From: Oscillospiraceae bacterium
GTDB lineage: Bacteria; Bacillota; Clostridia; Saccharofermentanales; Saccharofermentanaceae
Direction: 5' to 3'
Length of the DNA stretch: 64,000 bases
NCBI GenBank assembly: GCA_902775565.1
Contig: CACYMP010000005.1
Coordinates: forward strand, 17,911 to 81,910
Made by a program: the position numbers and the translations under genes. Positions 1 to 8,141 of the stretch are shown one piece after another; the stretch's first letter is position 1, and each line of letters opens with the position of its first letter. Under the pieces are notes generated by a model. The model saw only the letters and a list, made by a program, of their open reading frames with translations, was not told the origin of the DNA and did no database searches.

Positions 1-338
1 ATCCCCAAAGCAGGGAAGAACTTTTCGAGTGTATTTAAGGAGAACTCTGCGATATAACCTATCAGGAAAAGGTTGATGAAGGTCGCAAGACCTATATAGT
101 GTCTGTCGAAGATGAGGCTGAACAGCAGCATTACCACGTTGACTATGACGTAGAGCGTGCCGAAGTCAATCGGGATGATGGAATCTAATCCTGACATCAG
201 TGACTGGAATGGATCGACTCCGAACATCGCGCGCTTGAAAAAGCCTACGGCGACACCGCAGATGAGCACTCCGAATATGCTCATCAGGATACGTTTGACC
301 ATGTGGTCCTTATTGAAGAATGACTTTAATTTTTCCAT
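1..338 (-). CDS. Partial polytopic membrane protein, YczE/YyaS/YitT-like (C-terminus lies outside the window)
   Basis: Absent from the ORF track because it runs off the window edge. Hand translation of the minus strand from ATG (338-336) gives MEKLKSFFNKDHMVKRILMSIFGVLICGVAVGFFKRAMFGVDPFQSLMSGLD... and stays open to position 1, with several hydrophobic helices. The listed 157..351 + ORF is its antisense shadow. Confidence 0.5.
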   Translation of the reverse strand, partial: MEKLKSFFNKDHMVKRILMSIFGVLICGVAVGFFKRAMFGVDPFQSLMSGLDSIIPIDFGTLYVIVNVVMLLFSLIFDRHYIGLATFINLFLIGYIAEFSLNTLEKFFPALG

Positions 339-496
339 GGGGAAATATTAGAACAAATGCCCTGATACACCAAGCCAGAATCATTGTTTTTTTTATCAAT
401 AAACGGTAACTAATCGGTAACTTAATAGGCATTGCTGTCGCGCGGTGTTATCTTTTTTTGTATAATCGTTATAACAGTTCTTCAGAGGGTGGATTA

Positions 497-2170
497 ATGT
501 CTGGAACGCGGGGCAAAGGGCTTAGCATTAAGATCAAGGTAGCTATGGCTGCCGTTTTGTCCATATCCATTCTTACGATCGTTCTCGTTGCGTTCGGCTA
601 TCAGCTTTTCGAGTCGAACGTAATGGACAAATACGGGAAATACGCCACCACAGTCCTCGAATATGCTTATCAGGTCACTGAAGACTATAAATTCGGCGAC
701 ATGATAAAAAACCGTGAAATGCCCAAAGCCTACGAGGAAATGCGCACGGGATTGAACAGGGTCAAGGACTGCTCGGATATCGAGTACCTTTATGCCATAT
801 ATTTTGATGATGTTGACGACCTCTACAGCCTGACTTATGCGATCAATGCGAAGTCTAAGGAAGAGATAGAGAAGGGCGGCAAGTACACGTATCTCGGAAC
901 ACCCTGCGAAGTGGACGGATTTGAATCCGATACCCGCATGATCTTCCAGAAGGCCGTTAAGGAGAAGAATAAGGAGAGCAACCTTCTTGTCGGCTTTTCA
1001 CCTGATTACGGAAACATGCTCAACGGTTATAAGGTCATTTTCGACAGTGAAGGTAATTCTGCAGGCCTGCTCTGTGTTGAGATCTCCATCAAGGACATCG
1101 CGAGCGACCTTAGTCTTTATGTCCGTACTATAACGATCATCGCATCCATCGTTACTCTTATTGTTATCGCGGTTTACGTAAGCACGGCTGAGCGCAATGT
1201 GCTCAGGCCTCTTATGAGCATTACCGAGAGCACGGACTCGTTCGTTAAGATGATGAAGGCGAATACCCGTCCCGAAGAACTTGAGTACAAGGAAGTCGTT
1301 GTTGATACCCGTGACGAGATATCAGACCTGGCGAATAACATCAAGAGCCTGGCCGGCAACGTTAAGGATTACATGATCAACATCAGGGATATCACTACTG
1401 AGAAGGAAAGGCTCGGCGCAGAACTCGATGTAGCGACAAAGATCCAGGAGGGCATACTTCCCGGTACATTCCCGCCTTATCCGCACCGTAAGGAGTTTGA
1501 GCTCTTTGCTTCGATGGATCCCGCCAGGGAAGTCGGAGGCGACCTGTACGATTTCTATCTTCTTGATGAAGACCATTTGGCGCTCGTGATCGGTGACGTT
1601 ACCGGAAAGGGAATCCCTGCAGCGCTTTACATGGTTATCGCGAAATGCCTTATCAAGAACCGCGCTATGATGGACTGGAGCTCCACATCTGCAATCCTCT
1701 CCGATGTCAACAAGCAGTTGTGCGAAGGCAATGAGATGGAAATGTTCGTTACGGTATGGCTCGCCATTATCGATCTGAGGACAGGCAAGGGAATTGCATC
1801 CAACTGCGGACATGAGCATCCTGCAATGACCGGCGGTGACAAAGCATTTGAATTTAAGAAGTACCGCCATTCTCCGGCGCTCGGCATTACCGCCGAACTG
1901 AACATAGAAGAGCATGAGTTTGTTATGAAGCCCGGCGACTGCCTTTTCGTTTACACTGACGGCGTACCTGAGGCCACCAACGTCAAAAAGGATTTCTTCG
2001 GGACCGACAAGCTCCTTGATGCTCTGAATGAGGAGCTCGGCAATCCGCCTTATGAGCTCATTAAGAGTGTTTCAGACAAATTGAAAAAGTTCGTCGCAGG
2101 CTCTGAGCAGTTCGACGATATTACGATGCTCTGCTTCAAATACTTAGGCGGGGAAAACAAGACTCTTTAA
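497..2170 (+). CDS. Membrane-anchored PP2C/SpoIIE-family serine phosphatase (RsbU-like) with an extracytoplasmic sensor region
   Basis: Two TM helices flank a ~190-aa loop. The C-terminal SpoIIE/PPM domain has REVGGDLYDF, GDVTGKGIPAALYM, YTDGVPEA and DDITML. I prefer the ATG at 497, preceded by GAGGGTGG. The track start at 458 lies in a TATAAT box (461-466). Confidence 0.85.
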   Translation: MSGTRGKGLSIKIKVAMAAVLSISILTIVLVAFGYQLFESNVMDKYGKYATTVLEYAYQVTEDYKFGDMIKNREMPKAYEEMRTGLNRVKDCSDIEYLYAIYFDDVDDLYSLTYAINAKSKEEIEKGGKYTYLGTPCEVDGFESDTRMIFQKAVKEKNKESNLLVGFSPDYGNMLNGYKVIFDSEGNSAGLLCVEISIKDIASDLSLYVRTITIIASIVTLIVIAVYVSTAERNVLRPLMSITESTDSFVKMMKANTRPEELEYKEVVVDTRDEISDLANNIKSLAGNVKDYMINIRDITTEKERLGAELDVATKIQEGILPGTFPPYPHRKEFELFASMDPAREVGGDLYDFYLLDEDHLALVIGDVTGKGIPAALYMVIAKCLIKNRAMMDWSSTSAILSDVNKQLCEGNEMEMFVTVWLAIIDLRTGKGIASNCGHEHPAMTGGDKAFEFKKYRHSPALGITAELNIEEHEFVMKPGDCLFVYTDGVPEATNVKKDFFGTDKLLDALNEELGNPPYELIKSVSDKLKKFVAGSEQFDDITMLCFKYLGGENKTL

Positions 2171-3576
2171 ACGATCTTGTTGTGCCACTGAAGCTCAGGA
2201 TGCTTGAAATAATACTTCGCCTTAACTTCGTACATTCTCGCGTCAGCTTTCTGCATGGCTTTTCTTATGTCTTCGCCCTCAGCCTCGCTGCTGTGGCATG
2301 AGCCTACTGCAAAATGAGCCCTGTTCGGACGCTCTGAATTAGCAAGCAGCACTTCAACAAATCTGTCAAAATCTTCCTTCCCGGTCTTTGTGCTGATGAT
2401 CATGAACTCATCACCGCCGACACGGTAGATCTCGGAAGTATCAGTCTTGAATTCGTTTAAAGTCGAAGCGACGTCTTTAAGAAGAGTGTCGCCCGAAAGG
2501 TGGCCTTGTGTATCGTTGACCGCTTTGAGGCCGTTTACGTCGATGAAGCATACACCGAACGGCTTCTCGATCGGCTTTACGCCGGTGGTATCCTCGGTGA
2601 TCCTGTTGTTCATGGCGTTACGGTTATAAACTCCGGTCAGAAGGTCGGTCGAGCTCATTATCTTCATCTTGCGGATGTTCTGCTCGTTTGCGATCTCCGC
2701 TGAGAGGATGAAAGAGGTGATACCGAGAGTCTCCTTGATCATAAGGGTCTTGGACGGATCGAAATTGCCTGCCCAGATATAACCGATAGTCTTGTTATTC
2801 GATCTGAGAGGGTAAATGACGATGGTCCTGACGTTGTCGCTCTTCAGTGAATCGATCCATTCGGGAGCGGTCTCGTGAGCGGCAGCCATGTCGCTGTCAT
2901 TTACCATGGCAAAGCAGTTGCTCTTATTGATGAGCCTCGGCCATGTATCTATGACTTTGTAGAATTCTTCCGTGAGAAAAGCGGATAACGGAACCTGTTC
3001 AGGATCGTTTCCGTAGTCTTCGCAGAGGAGGCTGTATTCTCTCTTCTCGTGATCGGCAAGAAGGATGCTGCATCTTTTGGCGCCGCACTGCTCGCGGATG
3101 TCCGCGATAACTGAGTTCATTGATTCCTGGAAATCAGTTGTTTCGCGGAGCTTTAAGCAGGTCCTTAAGACGTTTGCGGCTGTCTGCGAAGAGAGATCCG
3201 TCAGCTTGTCTATATCGGCCTTGGGATTCATTTCGTAAGAGAAAAGGATAGTCTTCTTATCGGGATCGCCTGAATCAAGAGGCATAAAGTAGACTTCCAT
3301 CCATGCGTTGTACAATTCGACATCGAAATACGAATGTACAGGCCTGTCGGCAGTCGCACACAAATCACAGAGATTCTCGAAATTTTCGGCCTTGGGAATG
3401 TACCTCGTATAAGGAACGTTTGTTACAAAGTCTTCAAGCTTTTTAACTACAGTGTGCTTGTAAGCGTCGTTAGCGTCTACGACAAGATATCTTTTATTGC
3501 TGTCCGTCTCCTTAAGATCTACGGACAGGACGCAGGCAACTCTGCTGAAATTTGCGACAAAACTCTTGTAATCCAT
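2167..3576 (-). CDS. Diguanylate cyclase (GGDEF) with N-terminal sensory region
   Basis: C-terminal LLTGVYNRNAM...FIDVNGLKAVNDTQGHLSGD...YRVGGDEFMII is a canonical GGDEF domain. The N-terminal ~300 aa looks like a GAF/PAS-type sensor. Confidence 0.85.
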   Translation of the reverse strand: MDYKSFVANFSRVACVLSVDLKETDSNKRYLVVDANDAYKHTVVKKLEDFVTNVPYTRYIPKAENFENLCDLCATADRPVHSYFDVELYNAWMEVYFMPLDSGDPDKKTILFSYEMNPKADIDKLTDLSSQTAANVLRTCLKLRETTDFQESMNSVIADIREQCGAKRCSILLADHEKREYSLLCEDYGNDPEQVPLSAFLTEEFYKVIDTWPRLINKSNCFAMVNDSDMAAAHETAPEWIDSLKSDNVRTIVIYPLRSNNKTIGYIWAGNFDPSKTLMIKETLGITSFILSAEIANEQNIRKMKIMSSTDLLTGVYNRNAMNNRITEDTTGVKPIEKPFGVCFIDVNGLKAVNDTQGHLSGDTLLKDVASTLNEFKTDTSEIYRVGGDEFMIISTKTGKEDFDRFVEVLLANSERPNRAHFAVGSCHSSEAEGEDIRKAMQKADARMYEVKAKYYFKHPELQWHNKIV

Positions 3577-3711
3577 ACCTTCTCACCAAATGATTTTTGA
3601 CATCTAATTATATACCCGCCACCGCGCATTTTAAAGAAGAGGGCGTTTGCTTAATTATTTGTTACTATATAAGCGGAAATTTGCAAACGTTCAAAAACCG
3701 GAAAAGAGGTT

Positions 3712-4563
3712 ATGCATATGAAGGTTGTTCTTGCGGGAGCCTATGGCAATCTGGGCGCGGATGTGTTCAGGGAACTGGTCAAAAACGGTCATGAAGTAAT
3801 TGCGCTTGATATTGCGCAAAGAGATATCGGAATAGAATCAGGCTTTGATTTTAAAAAGATAGACGTAACTGATCCCAAGACCCTTGAGGGTGTATGCGAT
3901 GGCGCGGATGCCGTTATTACTACCGTGGGACTTACCAAGGGTTCTGCAACGGTAAGCAATTACGATATCGACTATCAGGGCAATCTGAATCTTCTGAATG
4001 AAGCGAAGAAAGCCGGAATAAAGAACTTCGTATATATCTCCGTCGTCAAGGCCGACACGGCTCCGGATGTTCCTATGGTACATTCGAAATATCTTTTCGA
4101 GCAGGAACTGAAGAAGAGCGGAATAACTTATGTCATCCACCGTCCGACAGGCTATTTCTACGACATAATAAAAGTATTCAAGCCCATGATTGAGAAGGGG
4201 AAAGTTACTCTTCTCGGCAAAGAGCCTGTTTATGCGAACATCGTTTCCACAGAGGATTTCGCTCGCTTTATCGTAGAACACATGAACGATGAGAACGTGA
4301 CTTATTCGGTCGGAGGCAAAGAGAAATATTCCTACGAAGAGATCGCGAAAATGTGTTTTGAAGCATCAGGCAAAGAGCCTATGATCAAGAGGGCTTCGCC
4401 TGTTATATTTGATATCCTTGCATGGGTCAACAAATGCAAGAAGAACGGCAAGGACGCGATAATCAAATTCTCGAAATGGACGCTTACTCACGATATGGTC
4501 GGCGATACGATCGCAGGCGATATGAGCTTTGCAGAATACATTAAGAAGAGCTTTGAGAAATGA
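3712..4563 (+). CDS. NAD(P)-binding atypical SDR / NmrA-like protein
   Basis: N-terminal Rossmann motif VVLAGAYGNLGADVFRELVKNGHEVIAL. Length and layout are typical of NAD(P)H-binding SDR-a proteins. An alternative ATG lies at 3718. Confidence 0.8.
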   Translation: MHMKVVLAGAYGNLGADVFRELVKNGHEVIALDIAQRDIGIESGFDFKKIDVTDPKTLEGVCDGADAVITTVGLTKGSATVSNYDIDYQGNLNLLNEAKKAGIKNFVYISVVKADTAPDVPMVHSKYLFEQELKKSGITYVIHRPTGYFYDIIKVFKPMIEKGKVTLLGKEPVYANIVSTEDFARFIVEHMNDENVTYSVGGKEKYSYEEIAKMCFEASGKEPMIKRASPVIFDILAWVNKCKKNGKDAIIKFSKWTLTHDMVGDTIAGDMSFAEYIKKSFEK

Positions 4564-5219
4564 TAGAAGGCATTAAACAGAAGGCTGCCACGCTCATAAA
4601 AAACAGCGGCGGGATCCTTGTGCCTGAGGACCGGTATACAAACATGAAGTATCCAAAACTTCTTCCGCTGATGCGTTTCCGAGTGGACAGATACATAGTC
4701 CCGGGATTCGGTCATATCATGCTCATGCATACGACGACCAAGATGGGGATGGAGCTTATCACGATGTCTTTTATGCCTTCTGAATGCATAACGGTTCCTT
4801 ATCTTCTGGTCGATGCGATGAGCATGAAGAAAAAGCGTTGCGTGTTTGTGGAATATTACGGATGCGGCATGGAAGACCTGGAAGATGAGGCGCTTCATGA
4901 TGTCTATGAAGACTACCGTGACCTTCCCGATTACGATGAGAAGGAGAACTGGTACATCAAAGAGAGGATGCCTTATTCGCTCATCAAGACGGGCGAGCCT
5001 GATCAGCTCGTGAACATGGCATATGATTCGGTCAGGGCATATTTGGGATCTGTCGGCGGTGCCCGGTTTATTCCGGAATATAATGACAAGCTCAAAACTT
5101 TCAGGGAGCGCATGATAACAGAAGGTAATCCTTCGAGCAAAACGCTCAACATGCTGCTCAAAGAGGACGGGGCAAGAACGTTCATGGAAACCGTTATAAT
5201 GCCTCTTAAGGAGAACTGA
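4560..5219 (+). CDS. Hypothetical protein with possible remote resemblance to the ferredoxin-dependent bilin-reductase fold
   Basis: The ORF is translationally coupled to the upstream gene by an ATGA overlap at 4560-4563. I recognise no strong motif. See the findings for the weak FDBR-like pattern. Confidence 0.6.
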   Translation: MIEGIKQKAATLIKNSGGILVPEDRYTNMKYPKLLPLMRFRVDRYIVPGFGHIMLMHTTTKMGMELITMSFMPSECITVPYLLVDAMSMKKKRCVFVEYYGCGMEDLEDEALHDVYEDYRDLPDYDEKENWYIKERMPYSLIKTGEPDQLVNMAYDSVRAYLGSVGGARFIPEYNDKLKTFRERMITEGNPSSKTLNMLLKEDGARTFMETVIMPLKEN

Positions 5220-5220
5220 C

Positions 5221-5988
5221 ATGGTCTTTTATTTTTCCGGCACCGGAAACAGCAGATTTGTTGCAAAAGGGATCGCGAGGGCGATCGGGCAGGAGGCTGC
5301 CGACATAACGACATATACCAAGAACGCTGAGCGGCCGGAGTTCACTGAGAGTGGTATTTATGTCTTTGTCTGTCCGTCTTATATGTCCGCGCCTGCAAGG
5401 GCAATGACTGATTTTATCGAATGGGCGGAATTCCCTTCAGGCATTAAGGCATACTTCATCGTTACCTGTGCAGCTTCCATGGGCATCACTCCCAAAGTGG
5501 CAAGCGAGCTTTGCGAAAAGAAAGGTTTTGAGTTCATGGGTGCCGCCCAGATCGAAATGCCTCAAAACTATATTGCTTTATTTACTACCAAAAAGGTCGA
5601 GGAAAACATTGATATCATCGAGAAGGCCGAGAACGAGATAGAACGGCTGTCTCCGCTGATTGCTGACGGCGAAAAGATAGAATGTAAAAAGATAGGTTCT
5701 GTCGAATACTCTGTCACCAGATGGGTCAGAGATGTATACTACAAGAACTTCATGAAGACAAAGAAGTTCCGGGTGACAGAGACTTGCATCTCCTGCGGAA
5801 AGTGCGTTAAAGTCTGCCCGCTTTCGAATATCTCCATGAAGGACGGCAAGCCTTCCTGGGGAACCAATTGCACGCACTGCATGGCATGCATCAACCAGTG
5901 CCCGAAGGATGCGATCGAATACGGGAAAGGCTCTGTCGGCAAACCGCGCTATAAGGGTCCTGAGACAAATAATTCAGTAAAAGAGTAA
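5221..5988 (+). CDS. EFR1-type protein: flavodoxin-like domain fused to a 2x[4Fe-4S] ferredoxin domain
   Basis: N-terminus MVFYFSGTGNSRFVA is a flavodoxin-like phosphate loop. The C-terminus has CISCGKCVKVCP and CTHCMACINQCP cluster motifs. It starts 1 nt after the previous stop. Confidence 0.8.
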   Translation: MVFYFSGTGNSRFVAKGIARAIGQEAADITTYTKNAERPEFTESGIYVFVCPSYMSAPARAMTDFIEWAEFPSGIKAYFIVTCAASMGITPKVASELCEKKGFEFMGAAQIEMPQNYIALFTTKKVEENIDIIEKAENEIERLSPLIADGEKIECKKIGSVEYSVTRWVRDVYYKNFMKTKKFRVTETCISCGKCVKVCPLSNISMKDGKPSWGTNCTHCMACINQCPKDAIEYGKGSVGKPRYKGPETNNSVKE

Positions 5989-6002
5989 GAAAGGAACATA
6001 TC

Positions 6003-6314
6003 ATGGTAAGACACGTAATCGTATGGACGATCAAAGATGAGTACAGTGACAGCGAAAAAGCCGAAATAAAAGCCGGCATCAAGAAAGGCTTAGAGGGTCT
6101 TTCGGGAAAGATCCCCGGATTAGTTGAGATAAAGGTTATCACCGAAGGACTTGAGAGCTCGAGCGGTGATGCCATGCTCGATTCTCTTTTCGAGAGTGAA
6201 GAGGCGCTGAAAGGATACTCTTCCAATCCTCTTCACGTTGAGGTCGCAACCACAAAGGTCAGGCCTTTCATGAAGGTAAGAAGCAGCTTTGACTACAAGG
6301 AGGGAGCATTATGA
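6003..6314 (+). CDS. Dabb (stress-responsive alpha/beta-barrel) family protein
   Basis: ~100 aa. MVRHVIVWTIKDE...GLEGL.GKIPGLVEIKV matches the pattern typical of Dabb domains. Confidence 0.75.
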   Translation: MVRHVIVWTIKDEYSDSEKAEIKAGIKKGLEGLSGKIPGLVEIKVITEGLESSSGDAMLDSLFESEEALKGYSSNPLHVEVATTKVRPFMKVRSSFDYKEGAL

Positions 6315-6838
6315 ACAGGCGGCTGATCTCGGCAGCTATGGCTGCATTGGTCTTAATGTCATTTACATCCTGCGGTTTTATCGGAAGGATGCGTCCGGAA
6401 AACACAACTGTTTCCGTGACTACAGAAGAAACTGCAAAAGAGACTGCCTCTGAGACGGCAGCGACCACAGAAGAGACTACGACAGAGCAAACAACTTCAA
6501 AAGAGGCAACTGCAGCAACCGAAGAGCCATCGTCAGAGACAACAACAGTAACAGCAACTTCTGCGCCGGTACGTTCGATCGATCCCGCCGAGACTGTCGT
6601 TGAAAAATCTACAGTTCCGAGCATTCCGAAAGGCTATAAGAAGGTAAAGATCGGATGGGGTCTTAAGTATAACGGCCATGTGGTCTACATAGTCAGGAGC
6701 AAGAAGAATGACTTTGAATTCAAGGGCTGGTGGAAGAATAAGTGGATCCCGCTCGAATATGATGTCTTGGGCGATCAGGACGGCGAAGCCTGGTATAACG
6801 ACAAGTACTGCGACGATTACTATCAGTATATGAAGTAA
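6311..6838 (+). CDS. Lipoprotein with a Thr/Glu-rich linker
   Basis: Signal peptide plus lipobox (LMSFTSC). A T/E/A low-complexity linker is followed by a small Trp/Tyr-rich globular domain. ATGA overlap with the Dabb gene. Confidence 0.7.
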   Translation: MNRRLISAAMAALVLMSFTSCGFIGRMRPENTTVSVTTEETAKETASETAATTEETTTEQTTSKEATAATEEPSSETTTVTATSAPVRSIDPAETVVEKSTVPSIPKGYKKVKIGWGLKYNGHVVYIVRSKKNDFEFKGWWKNKWIPLEYDVLGDQDGEAWYNDKYCDDYYQYMK

Positions 6839-6852
6839 AGCCGGCAGGCCTG

Positions 6853-7833
6853 TTAAGAAGTATATGCCTCTAAAGCTCTGGAATAGTAATTCCGGAGCTT
6901 TGTTCTTAATGACTTGGGTTCTATCACCACGGCATCTTTTCCGAAGCGTCTGAAGTAATCCTCAAGCTGCATCTCGGGCCAGTCGAAATGATACTCGTCA
7001 CCGTCGATGTAGGTGACATACGGCCTGTTCTTGACGATCATGGTGTACATTTGCCTGCCGCGATCTGTCATCTTCACGACTGCGTGAATATCTTCAGACA
7101 TTGAGTGAGGGCTTCTGAGTCCCTTTCGTACCAGCTCGTCTTCGATCTTCTGATCCTTTGTGAAAGTGTTCGACGTGATGAAAACATTGCTGAGCCTTGA
7201 GATCCTGAACGAACGGTTCTTCTTAGCTCTCCGGTCGTGGCAGAGAAGATAGCTGAACTGCTCTTCTTTGGATGTCGCTATGAGGTAAGGCTCAACTATA
7301 ACTTTGCGGTCATGCCCTTTTGATGAGAAAGAAAGCTGTCTGCCTTCTGAAATGGCTTTGTTTATAGATTCGTATGTATCTTTGAATATGATCTCTTCGC
7401 GCTTGCTCCTTGGTATCGACAGGTAAGACAGGAACATATCCTTAATGTAGCCGGAGAGCGAATTCTCCTTAAGAAGATTATTCTCGATTATCTGAATTAT
7501 CTCGCAGGATGCGCCGCTGACCGTAAGCGTAATGACAGCGCTCTTGCCGGTACCCGAATCCTTGTTGTTTATATATGTCCTGATTATCTTATCGGCGAGG
7601 GCTGAAGCTGTTCTCGGCTTGAGTTCCTTAGCGGATGACAGTTCACCAAGAACGCTCTTAAGCAATTCCTCATTGTCGTTCCGGTATTGGTCGAAATAAT
7701 TGACGATGAGTTCTTTAAGAAAACCGTTGAGATTGACGGTCCCGTTCTCTCTTGTGAATTCGAAAAGCTCAGCATCGGTGGCAAGCCTCGTTTTGATGTC
7801 TTCTGAAAGGTATATCTTGTATTTCTCGGTCAT
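6853..7833 (-). CDS. WYL + WCX domain regulator with a non-canonical (possibly ribbon-helix-helix-like) N-terminus
   Basis: WYL-type core: KVIVEPYLIATSKEEQFSYLLCHDRRAKKNRSFRISRLSNV, with FSYLL in the WYL position and an RSFRISRL motif. The C-terminal extension (GKDAVVIEPKSLRTKLRNYYSRALEAY) is WCX-like. AGGAG RBS lies 7 nt upstream of the ATG. Confidence 0.75.
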   Translation of the reverse strand: MTEKYKIYLSEDIKTRLATDAELFEFTRENGTVNLNGFLKELIVNYFDQYRNDNEELLKSVLGELSSAKELKPRTASALADKIIRTYINNKDSGTGKSAVITLTVSGASCEIIQIIENNLLKENSLSGYIKDMFLSYLSIPRSKREEIIFKDTYESINKAISEGRQLSFSSKGHDRKVIVEPYLIATSKEEQFSYLLCHDRRAKKNRSFRISRLSNVFITSNTFTKDQKIEDELVRKGLRSPHSMSEDIHAVVKMTDRGRQMYTMIVKNRPYVTYIDGDEYHFDWPEMQLEDYFRRFGKDAVVIEPKSLRTKLRNYYSRALEAYTS

Positions 7834-7846
7834 TTTTAACTCCTGT

Positions 7847-7946
7847 TTGGGGTTGCATAAATAATAGAAAAGTCTGTAAATGCCTTAATAATCTAATTAT
7901 ATTGGGGTTGTATATTAAAGTCAATCTGCATCTGTTAAAACCCCAT
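7847..7946. promoter_or_regulatory. Three copies of an ACCCCA-core motif bracketing the WYL promoter (candidate operator set)
   Basis: CAACCCCAA occurs on the minus strand at 7855-7847 (5' UTR) and 7910-7902 (promoter spacer). An inverted copy, AAAACCCCAT, occurs on the plus strand at 7937-7946. Confidence 0.45.
7896..7924 (-). promoter_or_regulatory. Sigma-70-type promoter for the WYL gene
   Basis: On the minus strand: TTGACT (7924-7919), a 17-nt spacer, then TATAAT (7901-7896). It sits about 60 nt upstream of the WYL start codon. Confidence 0.55.
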
Positions 7947-7980
7947 AATCCGGGGTACCATACAATTGCAACGAGCGAAA

Positions 7981-8045
7981 GACACTCACAGCGATCAAGT
8001 ATCAGGCGGTCTTCGCAGGTTCGAATCCTGCATTCATGATGTGTC
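7981..8045 (+). ncRNA. tRNA-like element (candidate module of a YrlA-type Y RNA); true transcript ends unknown
   Basis: Perfect T-arm GCAGG-TTCGAAT-CCTGC at 8015-8031. It is closed by GACACTCA (7981-7988) pairing with TGA(T)GTGTC (8037-8045). There is no anticodon arm and no CCA. It sits in a 308-nt spacer upstream of the DUF2828 gene. Confidence 0.45.
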
Positions 8046-8141
8046 TTGTTATGCGTGTTGACTAAAGGTGCACACAGCAATTTAGGATCATGAACTGTTA
8101 ATTCATCGAAAAGCGCACCTTGTTATAAAGGAGAAAAGGAA

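Noticed and set aside
6400-6570. ACAGAAGA/ACTGC-rich repetitive stretch in the lipoprotein gene
   Set aside because: It encodes a Thr/Glu/Ala-rich low-complexity linker after the lipobox. It is not a discrete tandem DNA repeat or a variable-number element as far as I can see.
7981-8045. Possibility that the T-arm element is a genuine tRNA gene, or an attachment-site remnant of an integrated element
   Set aside because: It has no anticodon arm, no recognisable D-arm, no CCA or discriminator context, and is only ~65 nt long. No integrase, recombinase or matching direct repeat occurs anywhere in the window.
7769-8080. 103-aa minus-strand ORF spanning the WYL/DUF2828 intergenic region
   Set aside because: It has a TTG start and no RBS. 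It runs through the WYL promoter, the ACCCCA motifs and the tRNA-like T-arm. Its amino-acid sequence is low-complexity and Arg/Cys/His-rich, typical of a non-coding frame.
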